NCBI GenBank assembly: GCA_965644295.1
Contig: CBFFRP010000298.1
Coordinates: 558,001 to 622,000, forward strand
DNA length: 64,000 bases
Reading direction: 5' to 3'
From: Paraphysomonas bandaiensis
Taxonomy: Eukaryota > Protista > Chrysophyceae
In this document: positions 52,974 to 64,000 of the stretch, piece after piece
Numbering within the stretch: the first letter of the stretch is position 1
Layout: the number at the start of each line of letters is the position of its first letter
Program-made: the position numbers and the translations under genes
Notes under the pieces: model-generated
What the model was told of the DNA's origin: nothing
Seen by the model: the letters and a program-made list of their open reading frames with translations, nothing else
The model's database searches: none

Positions 52974-55583
52974 TTTACGATAACTGAAATTATTAAATCT
53001 GCTCGAGATGGTGATCTGAATGGTGTGGTAAGGGGTGTTGGTAGGGGCCATACCAATAAACAAGATGAGGTAATGTATACATCACATATATACATATATA
53101 CAGAGAGTGTTATTATATAGGGGCTCATGTATGTGTATATGTCATAGGATGGTTGGACAGCCCTTCACTATGCTTCCATGTCAGGTCACAGTGATATAGT
53201 TAAGTATCTGGTGGATGCAGGAGCAGATTGTAGTATGAAAACCAATGTAGGTGACCTCTCCTCTACCCCATATATATAGAGTGTGTGTGTATTATATTAC
53301 AGGGGTTCATATTTACTGTTGTTTTTATTACAGAGTGGTTGGACAGCTCTTCACAGGGCTGCCTCAGGCGGTCACAGTGATATAGTTAAGTATCTGGTGG
53401 ATGCAGGAGCAGATTGTAGTATGCAAACCAATGTAGGTGACCTCTCCTCTACCCCATATATATATAGTGTGTGTGTGTTATATTACAGGGGTTCATATTT
53501 ACTGTTGTTTTTATTATAGGATGGTGGTACAGCTCTTCACTACGCTGCCTCTAGAGGTCGTAGAGATGTAGCTGAGTATCTGGTGGCTGTTGGCGCAGAT
53601 TGTAATATACAAACCAATGTCAGTCATCCATTTCTCTATATCCCAGCGTATATATAGTATTATGATGTGGGGGCTAATATCTGGTTGTTGCTTTTTTGTA
53701 GGCTGGTATGACAGCTCTTCACTATGCTGCCATGACGGGTCACAGAGATGTAGCTGAGTATCTGGTGGGTGCAGGAGCAGATTATAATCTACGATCCAAT
53801 GTAAGCTCCCCGACCCCTCTACGTCATATACATATATAATGTACATGCTGTTACACTATAATGGGTTTATATCGAATTTTATTTTATAGGGTGGTAACAC
53901 AGCTCTTCACTTGGCTGTCGATAATGATCACAGAGATATAGCTGAGCATCTGGTGGCTGTAGGAGCAGATAGTAATGTACAAACCAATGTAAGTAACCCC
54001 ATCCTTCTCTACCGCTAAGCGTATATGGTGTTATACCCTAACGGCTCATATCTGATTGTTATATTATGTAGGATGGTATGACAGCTCTTCACTACGCTGC
54101 TGATAGAGGCCACAGAGATATGGTGGAGTATCTGGTGGCTGTAGGGGCAGATTATAATATACAAACCAATGTAAGTAGCTTCACCCGTTTCTACATTTGT
54201 GTATGTATAGTGTTATACTCTGAGGGCTTATATCTGACTGTTGTTATTATAATAGCCTTATATCATTGGGGCTCATATCTGCGTGTTGCTTTATTATAGG
54301 GTGGTAACACAGCTCTTCACTATGCTGCCATGACAGGTCGCAGAGATGTAGCTGAGTATCTGGCGGCTGTTGGAGCAGATTGTAACATACAAACCAATGT
54401 AAGTATCCCTATTCTTTACTAGACCAGCAGGGTATATGTAGTGTTATATTACTAGAGACTAATACTTGGTTGTTTTCGTTATTATAGGGTGGTAACACAG
54501 CTCTTCACTATGCTGTTGATAGAGGCCACAGAGATATAGCTGGGTGTCTTGTGGCTGCAGGGGCAGATTATAATATACAAACCAATGTAAGTGACATCGC
54601 CCTATTCTACATCAGCGTGTGTATAGTGTTATACTCTAAGGGCTCATATCTGATTGTTATGTTATGTAGGATGGTATGACAGCTCTTCACTATGCTGCTG
54701 ATAGTGGTCACAGAGATATAGCGGAGTATCTAGTGGCTGTCGGTGCTGATTATAATATACAAACCAATGTAAGTAACTTCGCCCTCTTTGGCATCAGTGT
54801 ATGTATAATGTTTTACTCTGAGGGCTTATATCTGACTGTTGTTTTATGTAGGATGGTATGACAGCTCTTCACTATGCTGCCATTGCAGGTCGCAGAGATG
54901 TAGCTGAATATCTGGCGGCTGTTGGAGCAGATTGTAACATACAAACCAATGTAAGTATCCCTATTCTTTACTAGACCAGCAGGGTATATGTAGTGTTATA
55001 TTACTAGAGACTAATACTTGGTTGTTTTCGTTATTATAGGGTGGTAACACAGCTCTTCACTATGCTGTTGATAGAGGTCACAGAGATATAGCTGGGTGTC
55101 TTGTGGCTGCAGGGGCAGATTATAATATACAAACCAATGTAAGTAACATCGCCCTATTCTACATCAGTGTGTGTATAGTGTTACACGCTAAGCTATATCT
55201 CATTATCACTGTTATTTTAAATAGTCTATTTTTGGGCCTTATATCTGATTGTTATATTATGTAGGATGGTATGACAGCTCTTCACTATGCTGCTGTTAGA
55301 GGTCACAGAGATATAGCGGAGAATCTGGTAGCTGCAGGCGCAGATTATAATATACAAACCAGTGTAAGTATCCCTACTCTTTCTACCCCCTTATATATAC
55401 ATTACCCACGGACCTACCATATGAAAGACAACATGAAAACTCGGCGATGTACTGTGTCATTTCATTTTATGATCTCCATGTTAATTTTTGCAGGATGGCA
55501 TGACTCCTGGTGATATAACAAGAGATGATTCAATACGTCAACTTTTCCTAAATACACATGTTAGCAAAAGTATTATGTACTGA
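52974..55583 (+). CDS. Ankyrin-repeat protein: N-cap exon, twelve 99-nt single-repeat exons, C-cap exon; start uncertain
   Basis: Repeat exons start at 53148, 53334, 53520, 53702, 53890, 54072, 54300, 54488, 54670, 54852, 55040 and 55265. Each reads xGxTALHxAxxxGHxDxxxxLVxxGADxxxxTN. Last exon 55494-55583. Confidence 0.92.
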
Positions 55584-56064
55584 TCGTCGCATTTGTAGAA
55601 CTAGAAACATTTTTTTTATGTGCGTGTTGTATAGGCTAAGAGACAGAGACAGGACGAGGAAACTGCTGCATAGATATGTATGTGATATCTGTTATCTCAC
55701 TCTGGTTATTTCCATCGTGGCTTGAGTTATATCTATATTTCTCTAACCGTAGTGATAATAGTTGCATCTGGGTGCTTGTCGAGTGGCAGATGTAATAATA
55801 TATTCTAAAGTCAACATCACAATTAAGATGTAAGATAGAAGATAGTTTCCATTTAAGCTGAATATTACAGTTGAATGTCTATATTTTCCCGGTGCTGATA
55901 ATATTAGCGTTTTGTTGAACCCGATCCAGGTTATGTTTACTGCAGAGGTATACTTCTTGGCTTCTACCATTCACGAGCATTCCTAACACCATCAAGCTAC
56001 CTCTGCTTGGGTTATTTCAATTTCTGGTTAACAATAGTTGCCAACGAATTACATGCTGAACACA

Positions 56065-56455
56065 TTAGTAGTGAAAGTCTTATTATTAGAAATAGGCATG
56101 TAAGAGTCATAACTAATATAGCATTGCAATTTAACTAACTTGTGCTTAACTCTGATATCCTACTATTTAACGCTTTAACGCTACGAAAGCTGCTTGGGCG
56201 TCAACACATACACCAAGGTGCAAGGTGTAATCGCTTTCGCCCTATCACTCAAAGCAAAAGCAGTAAGCAAGCAGAATATTCGTCAAGGCCCGAGTGCCCC
56301 TTGTACTACACAAACATTAGGCTATGAGTAGGCAGATTTTGTTCTGCTGACTATATAAGCGGCTCACTTTAGTTTCCCGAAGAAATATCTCCGGTATTTA
56401 TCCCCCAGAACACCACGAACCACGAAGAGGTGCGAGTTCGACTTTGTTGAGGGTG
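56065..56455 (-). mobile_element. SINE-like full copy I
   Basis: Reverse complement of the family head (with a 7-nt TCGTGGT duplication) and tail. Confidence 0.78.
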
Positions 56456-56645
56456 TTGAACAGACTATCAATCATCAACATAAATAGCATTGAGGTACAA
56501 CCAAATTGTGCGCTCATGAGACAACATTCCAGTTTAAAATTTTCTCTGGCACGTCGAGTATAACGTCAATAGTTCAAATATATTACATACTATTAACTTC
56601 ATGTCTGTAAAAAATATATTCACCAGAAACTTTACTTATACAGAA

Positions 56646-58316
56646 TCACCACATGGAAAACTTCTCTGCACATATACTGTGACCATATTCCATATATTCC
56701 TTTTTCGAAACCATATGACTACAGATTGTACCCGCAGACAATTCCTGCTCAGCGAACCTCGCAGCACCTTTCCAGGCATAATCTGAAGGATCTGGAGGGG
56801 AGAATACCTGTCGTCAGTAATATAAATCAACAACAACACATGAAAACAGTGCCACACTCACGTTTACGCTATCAGCCCAGTGACTAGGCACAAGTGGTAA
56901 AAAATCGGATTCGAAACGGCTTCTGAAATTGGGAATGCCGGAGTTCCCTCCTGTCAGGATAACATTTCTCACACATAGGCCCGCCTCAAGCTGTTTAATG
57001 TTGTGAGGTGATAACAGAAAATATGTGCCGAATACTCACATCATGTAATCCAGCGATCGACTGGCCTGCTGCTTCAGCTATACCCGCCTGATGGATCCCA
57101 ATATCTGATGGTCTAAATAGTAGCTCGGGCACAGAAAAGCGTTCTGATTCCATGGTAAGGATCTGCTCTTTAGCTTCAAAAGCATCTCCTTCTTGTTTCA
57201 CAAAACCGCGCATCACAGTATGAAAGTCAGGCATAACGAAAAACTTTCGTAAGTACTCTTCATCTTCTTCGTCGTCACTATCATTAACTTTCACTTCATC
57301 ACCTGTGTGTGATGAGATCTTCTTGGGCACAGTCATCTCGCCTCGAAGCTTAAAGCATTTAGTGAGATCGTCCTCGAATGATGAGCTGACAAAACTCAGC
57401 TCTTCCTTCACCTGAGTGCAGCGTTACAATTCACCAGACAGTTTCAAAATCAGTAGTGGACCTGGTTGATTAGCAGAAACTCGTCCATAACATTCCACTG
57501 TCTGTAGCTCACTAATTCCTTCAGGTAATTCGTAAGAAGCTTACCACCTATATTCACTCTCTTACACTGAACACAAGCATGTTACATATTACTAAAAGTA
57601 CGGTTGGGCATTCTCACCGCATGCTTGATACACTTTCCATCCACAAATGGCATACAATGAGAAAAGGAAAACCCAGAATCAATAACTAAGCTGCATTCCG
57701 GGAAGCTCGAAGTCAGTTTCGATATTTTAGGACTCTCATTAGAAGCAGTGTGTGTGCTCTCTGTTTTCCACACTTCAGACGAACAACTAGAACTTCCAGA
57801 ACTATGGCTTGCATAATATTCGTATGCACTAAACCACGGTGCAGGCCTGCAAAGGGCAGACTGAAATCCAAATTCTTCGAACAGTACCTGTAAAGTGGGA
57901 TGAGTAAGTGACACACCGCTACAATGCAAACAGGACCTCATTCATATCAGCTTGTAGTTCATCTGGACAAAACGGTGGTACTGTGACGATGACACCGCAG
58001 CTATCTGTTGAGCTGTTCATATGAGAGGAGTCGAATATACGCTGCCATATCTATACAACATAAACCCACTAGACATACACAGAAACACACTTACATCTCT
58101 CTCTATGTTCCAATTAACCAAATAACCCCTATCGAATGGTCGAGTGAACTGTAGTTGTGATGTGTTTAATATATTCTCAATCTCATCCCCCACAAACACC
58201 TGCATAGTCTTATTGATCTTAGCTATGCAGTTCGGCATAGTCATAGGGGTCGATTCACTCGACCACCCGTATTTGACTCGATATGCTCCATTATCGAGGA
58301 TGGCTATGGGGTACAT
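56646..58316 (-). CDS. ARP6: Actin-related protein 6 (SWR1 complex), multi-exon
   Basis: [54 protein letters not shown] and [16 protein letters not shown]. Confidence 0.93.
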
Positions 58317-58372
58317 GGTGCTTGGATGTACATGTAATTGTAATGCATGGATAGTAGAAGATAGAAGAGACC

Positions 58373-59131
58373 TGTATGTATGTATGTATGTATGCATGTA
58401 TGTATGTATGTATGTATGTATGTATGTATGTATGTATGTCTGTATGTATGTATGTATGTATGTATGTATGTATGTATGTATGTATGTATGTATGTATGTA
58501 TGTATGTATGTATGTTTGTATGTATGTATGTATGCATGTATGTATGTATGTATGTATGTATGTATGTATGTATGTATGTATGTATGTATGTATGTATGTA
58601 TGTATGTATGTATGTATGTATGTATGTATGTATGTATGTATGTATGTATGTATGTATGTATGTATGTATGTATGTATGTATGTATGTATGTATGTATGTA
58701 TGTATGTATGTATGTATGTATGTATGTATGTATGTATGTATGCATGTATGTATGTATGTATGTATGTATGTATGTATGTATGTATGTATGTATGTATGTA
58801 TGTATGTATGTATGTATGTATGTATGTTTGTATGTATGTATGTATGCATGTATGTATGTATGTATGTATGTATGTATGTATGTATGTATGTTTGTATGTA
58901 TGTTTGTATGTATGTATGTATGTATGTATGTATGTATGTATGTATGTATGTATGTATGTATGTATGTATGTATGTATGTATGTATGTATGTATGTATGTA
59001 TGTATGTATGTATGTATGTATGTATGTATGTATGTATGTATGTATGTATGTTTGTATGTATGTATGTATGTATGTATGTATGTATGTATGTATGTATGTA
59101 TGTATGTATGTATGTATGTTTGTATGTATGT
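58373..59131. repeat. (TATG)n microsatellite, about 190 units with CATG/TTTG/TCTG variants
   Basis: Directly visible; fills most of the ARP6/threonine aldolase intergenic region. Confidence 0.99.
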
Positions 59132-59244
59132 AGCATATCTGGATATCTGGATATTACAAGGTCATCACATCTCCTGCATCTCACGTCGACTACTTTGCAG
59201 GCCCGATAAACCAACAAAGACAATCAAGTGAACACTTTTAGAAA

Positions 59245-60453
59245 ATGTCAAATTTTATTGATTTTCGAAGCGATACAGTCACAAAGCCCACTGATGTTAT
59301 GCGCAGAGCAATGGCAGGTTTGAATTACTACAAGGTGCAACCATACTATGAATAACGATACCACAGACGCATGTGTTGGTGATGATGTCTTCAGTGAGGA
59401 TCCTACGGTAATACGACTAGAGTCTAGGATGGCGGCATTGTTTGGTAAAGAAGCAGGTCTATTCTTCCCCACAGGCACAATGTCCAACTTAGCTGCAATC
59501 ATGACATGGTGTGATGGACGGGGAGAAGAGATTATTGGTAGCAATATACGTCCTTCTTAGTTGATAGAGATAATATTTTTACCGTTATAGTTGGGTCTTC
59601 TAGTCATATACTGCTATACGAGGGCGGTGGGGCAGCTAGCATTGGTGGTGTTGCGTTGCGATCGCTCCCCAATGAACCGGACGGCACAATTAGATTGGAG
59701 AGTATTATAGATGCTATTCGCACAGTTGACATACACTACCCTGTTACACGCATGGTTGCTCTGGAGAATACTCACAACTATTGTGGGGGTCGCGTGCTTC
59801 CGGTTGGTTACGTGGCATCAGTCGCTGAGGCATTGCGTGGTAGTGGGATTGCACTCCACATGGATGGCGCACGCATATGGAATGCTGCTATAGCCACAGG
59901 TGTCGATATGAGTGAGGCAGTACGGGGAACGGATTCTGTTTCCATTTGCATGTCTAAGGGCATAGGAGCTCCTGTAGGATCAGTGTTAGTTGGCCCCGCG
60001 GATTTCATTGCCAAAGCAAGGTGCAGGAATGATTATTTACAATATATCAACTAATGACTCTGTGACAGGCGAGTTCGGAAAGCTCTTGGTGGGGGCATGC
60101 GGCAAGCCGGAGTATTAGCGGCAGCTTGTTTGGTTGGGCTAGATGACTTTTCTGCTGGACTTATGCAGACTGATCATGCGAGGGCGAAACGTCTGGCCAG
60201 TGCCATTGATGCATTGCCTTTGTTTCGAGTCAATTTAGATGAAGTTGAAACGAATCTCTTTGTAGTGTACCTTGTACAATGTGGTACATGCACGTCGGCA
60301 GATGTGTGTAACCTTTTAAAAGAGAGAGGGATACTTGTGGTCTGTCGAAATCCAACATCGCTTCGGATTGCCACTCACCGTGATTTGACAGATGATGACA
60401 TAGATGCTGCTATTCGTATTTTTAAAGATGTCTCTGATATCGTTGTTGTTTGA
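59245..60453 (+). CDS. GLY1: Low-specificity L-threonine aldolase, 4 exons
   Basis: [40 protein letters not shown] and GGGMRQAG. Confidence 0.95.
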
Positions 60454-61076
60454 TTTCTTATCAGGCGAGATTGAAGAGTGACACACTATTGCAGAATGGC
60501 ATCGTTATTTTTCATGTGTAACTCCTATTGAGTAGCAAAGCAACGTAATTATTGTTCTATAATGATAATTTCTGATTAGTATTCTTTTAAACTATTTAGA
60601 TAATACTAATCAGATATGTTACTTTCAGTCAGAATAGCAGTGTATACTCCTCAGGTGTTTTATTCGTATATTTTTGTGAAGTGGTAAAGAATATCACAGC
60701 AGGGAGCAGGGTACTAAATACCTGTGTTATATCGATCTGTATTCTGTATGTGATCTTCTATTATTGGCAGTGGTGCAAGCACTTTTACTATGGTTGCTTT
60801 CATGATCTTTGGTTGCTGCCTTACTCAACTTTTCTTTTGTTACATTTCTACGGATAACGGATAGTAATCATTTCACTGAGTATTACGTACTGCATACTAT
60901 ACACACATTTTTATTTATTTCCCGTCACTACTTACGCAATAGGTACTTGTTTCGATCTTATAAGTAGCTAAGTAGTACATAATAAGAACCTTAGATTCGA
61001 AATTACCAACGAATCATATACACTAAAGCTTATGGGCTTTTTAAAAACATTCTTTTGTACATATTCTAACCACTCA

Positions 61077-62391
61077 TTATCCTACGTCATCACAGAAATG
61101 CAACCTTTCTAAATAAATGCGCTGCATGCAATGAAAGAATAGCAAATCCAAAACGTTTTCTTCAAGCACAAAGTTATAATCTATATCTCCTACAGTTTCT
61201 CTGACAGGCACCTTTCTGTAGTTTGAGTCTCGTTTAGCTTGGCTCTCATGTGGAAGTACTTTCTTAGGTGGAGTTTTCCATCCTAAGACTCTATCTATCA
61301 GGGGTGGGGCGGAATCCAGCCATTCAGTCACAAGAACTACATGAAATTTTCTAACATTTTCTAGAGCTGCGCGGAACATATCCCAGGTTATTGGTTTACC
61401 GACGAACTTGTGATACGTCCAGTAGAAGTCTTGCTTGTTGTGAGGAGGATGATCATCTGGCGTCCCAACAAAGGTCGTAATATAGTAGTTTATACCCTGT
61501 AACAATCTGTCACCCAGTAAATATATGCATGGTAACACCCACCATAGTCCACAGCTTGTTGTTGTTGTACCACGTCCTGAACGGCCTTCTAGGAGCATCC
61601 AGCCGAGATCCATCTCTGTGTTCCAGATGTTCAAATCTATATTGCGAGTACCACCTATCGACTGGGTGTCTAAAAGTCGTCGCTAGTACTGTCCCTCGCC
61701 AATCTCCCATGTGGGAGTAATAAGCGTCCCATTCGTTTGCAGTTATCCTGAAGTCATTTCGTTCCATTCGGCTCATCAAGTACTCCTCATTGTTCCAAGG
61801 AGGAGTAGCAAGGGAGCCACGGTTATCTATCATACAGAAGTAGGGAGGAGTTTGGCGGCGCGGAAGATTATTCTGAGCCAGATCACAGAATCCGGTACCC
61901 CCAGCCTTACGTAGGTGCTGGTAAAATAGCCATGTTCCTTTTTTTCCAGCTCGGAATTCTGCCGATCTAGTATGATTCACCAAGTCAGGAAGAGAAAGAC
62001 GTTCATGAATGCCAGATGGACAGGTATAATTATCTGGCCCTGGTGGAATGTTGAGAGGGTTCTCACTAACTAGCTTACGGGCAAGTTCTGCGGGGTTATT
62101 TATCCCCTCCATATAGAGCTCCTCGATAACTTCATATATACTCTTGGATAACTGCGTCTTGAATTCTGCATCAGTCTTATCAACTGTTACAACAGAGGGT
62201 ATATGCATTGACGCTCTTGGAAAATTGAAGAACTCTTCTGTTGCGATTGCCCCAATAGTGTCCGGAGGAGCATTTCTAAATAGCCATAGCGAGAATGCAC
62301 TCATTAAGAGTAGAATGGCAATTACCTTACACAAAAGAGATGAAGTCTTATGTGGGCCAATGCGTCTTCTTCCACTTCGCATCACTGGCAT
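61077..62391 (-). CDS. Golgi-type (type II membrane) sulfotransferase-like protein, 2 exons
   Basis: N-terminal transmembrane helix; HLRKAGGT (5'-PSB-like) and FRHPVDRWYSQY (3'-PB-like). Confidence 0.8.
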
Positions 62392-62964
62392 AGCTATAGA
62401 ATCTTATACTAATATCTTATGCTCCTTATGGGGTACTATAGAACAGCTATCGTTACAATCAATACGGAGTGATACATTCTAATAATGGAATTATTCGCAA
62501 TTGTCATTGAACATATTGACACTATTGTGCAGGAATTGGCATAGATAAGTATCGTGTATTGCCACTACTTTAAATTATGCATAGCATACTGCACAGCACA
62601 ACACTGCTAGACAGTACAGCCTGGTGTGGAGGTGTATGATGCGTCGTACTGCTGTACGTAATACAACAGCAGGAGGTACACCTTTAGGAGGTACGTATTT
62701 TTGTATGTTATTGTACAGTACAGTACTACAAGAAAGTTCTCTGTCCATATTGTACTGCTGTATATGTCGGGATGTATACATGTACGTATGGTAAATAGGT
62801 ATATATTGTACTGCTGTAGTAGTGTATGGGTACAGAGATGTGTATGGTGTGGTCAACAGGCAGCAGTGGTTTATCTGCATCTTACTTAACGAACACATTC
62901 CATCTCTACCACTCTGCCTCCACATGCCTCAAATAACTCTTTCATAACACACTTGCCCTCTCTC

Positions 62965-64000
62965 ATGATAACCTCACGTCTTCTATCCAATGCACGTGCA
63001 TTTCCATCACTATCACCAGCAGCAACAGCATACAGATACATATACAGGTCCATACACAGCTCGAGCTATATGAATAGCACACAATCTCATCCAAGTGCCA
63101 GATCTGGTCTTCCAACATCACAATTATTCACTGTACTTGGAATTGAAACATCATGTGGTTAGTTGTATGCAAGTGTTGCTGTTACTGGTGCTAACAGTCC
63201 ATAAGATGATACTGGAGTCGCAGTGGTGAGATCTGACGGTGCCATCCTCTCACATGTCGTATATTCACAGGTACGAAGTTTTATTTTACATTACTATACA
63301 GTAGTGTTATACTCGAAATGTAGAATAAAATTCATGGAAAATTTGGAGGTGTGGTTCCTGGTTTGGCAATGGAGGCTCATCAAGAAAATATGAAAGCCGC
63401 TGTGACTGAGGCCCTTTCCCGTGCTGGAATGCGAAGTGTTGCAGAAGTAGATGGGATATCTGTTACCAAAGGCCCTGGACTGGAAGTTTGCTTGAGAGTA
63501 GGGATAAGAGAAGCTCAGGTACAACTTGAGTTTATGTATTGTTGGTTAACCTATTGTGTAGGAATTGGCACGAACTCACTGCAAGCCGTTTGCTACTGTT
63601 CATCACTTGGAGGCTCACTGCCTAGTGGCCCGACTTGCTGGTGAACTGACTTCTTCCAAGTCATCTGAATGTGCTAGCCTCGACGGGGATGGTGACCTTG
63701 TAGCTACAGTGCCTCGAGTACAATACCCGTTCCTTGCACTTCTGGTGTCTGGAGGGCACACCTCACTTTTATTGTGTCGGGGTCTAGGTGATTTTACCAC
63801 AATTGGCCAAACCCTGGATGATGCTCTGGGGGAGTCTTTTGACAAGGCAGCTCGTATTCTCGGGATTAATGCAGGGTTCGTCAACGGAGGACCCGCTGTG
63901 GAGTCGGCTGCACGTGGTGGAGACCCATTGGCATATGAGGATGTTCTGAGTGTACCTATGCGTCGTCATCGAAATTGTGACTTCAGTTACTCCGGTGGAT
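62965..64000 (+). CDS. OSGEPL1: Organellar tRNA N6-threonylcarbamoyltransferase (TsaD/Qri7/OSGEPL1), truncated at the window end
   Basis: Targeting-peptide-like N-terminus; VLGIETSC|DDTG, GPGL, HHLEAH, LLVSGGHT and TLDDALGESFDKAAR. Confidence 0.94.

Noticed and set aside
53148-55363. CRISPR-like repeat-spacer appearance
   Set aside because: The repeats are 99-nt coding exons and the spacers are homologous GT-AG introns; the context is eukaryotic with no cas genes.
58017-59231. Six long ORFs over the TATG array
   Set aside because: Microsatellite artefacts; only the ARP6 first exon (from 58316 leftward) is real.
59245-64000. Threonine aldolase near the t6A enzyme as a functional threonine cluster
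   Set aside because: They are separated by an unrelated gene, and eukaryotic proximity alone is not evidence.

Overview
Eukaryotic nuclear DNA with short (about 35-130 nt) GT-AG introns. The compact gene layout and protein types suggest a stramenopile protist, possibly chrysophyte-like (inference). About 17 intact genes are present: HSF, a TIR/HET-like fusion protein, a bacterial-type NagB-LmbE fusion, a clavaminate-synthase-like dioxygenase, BTB, SEC14, a CDPK-like kinase, CCT8, RPL36, an ankyrin-repeat gene, ARP6, threonine aldolase, a sulfotransferase-like protein, TsaD/OSGEPL1 and several unknowns. Many are arranged as head-to-head pairs. The spacers hold pogo/Tigger, CACTA-like, hAT, PIF/Harbinger and Gypsy relics, plus a LINE and a SINE-like family that share one 3' tail. 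Four leads stand out. (1) An intronless TIR/HET-like gene whose C-terminus resembles a small Cys/His protein I recall from giant viruses, which could be an integrated-decoy antiviral sensor. (2) An ankyrin gene built from twelve 99-nt phase-0 exons, one repeat per exon, that varies at the binding-surface positions and shows mosaic exons. (3) A short retroelement family with an HDV-ribozyme-shaped 5' head and a LINE-derived 3' tail. (4) A bacterial-type GlcN6P deaminase-deacetylase fusion that has gained introns. All family assignments come from reading motifs by eye, not from database searches.
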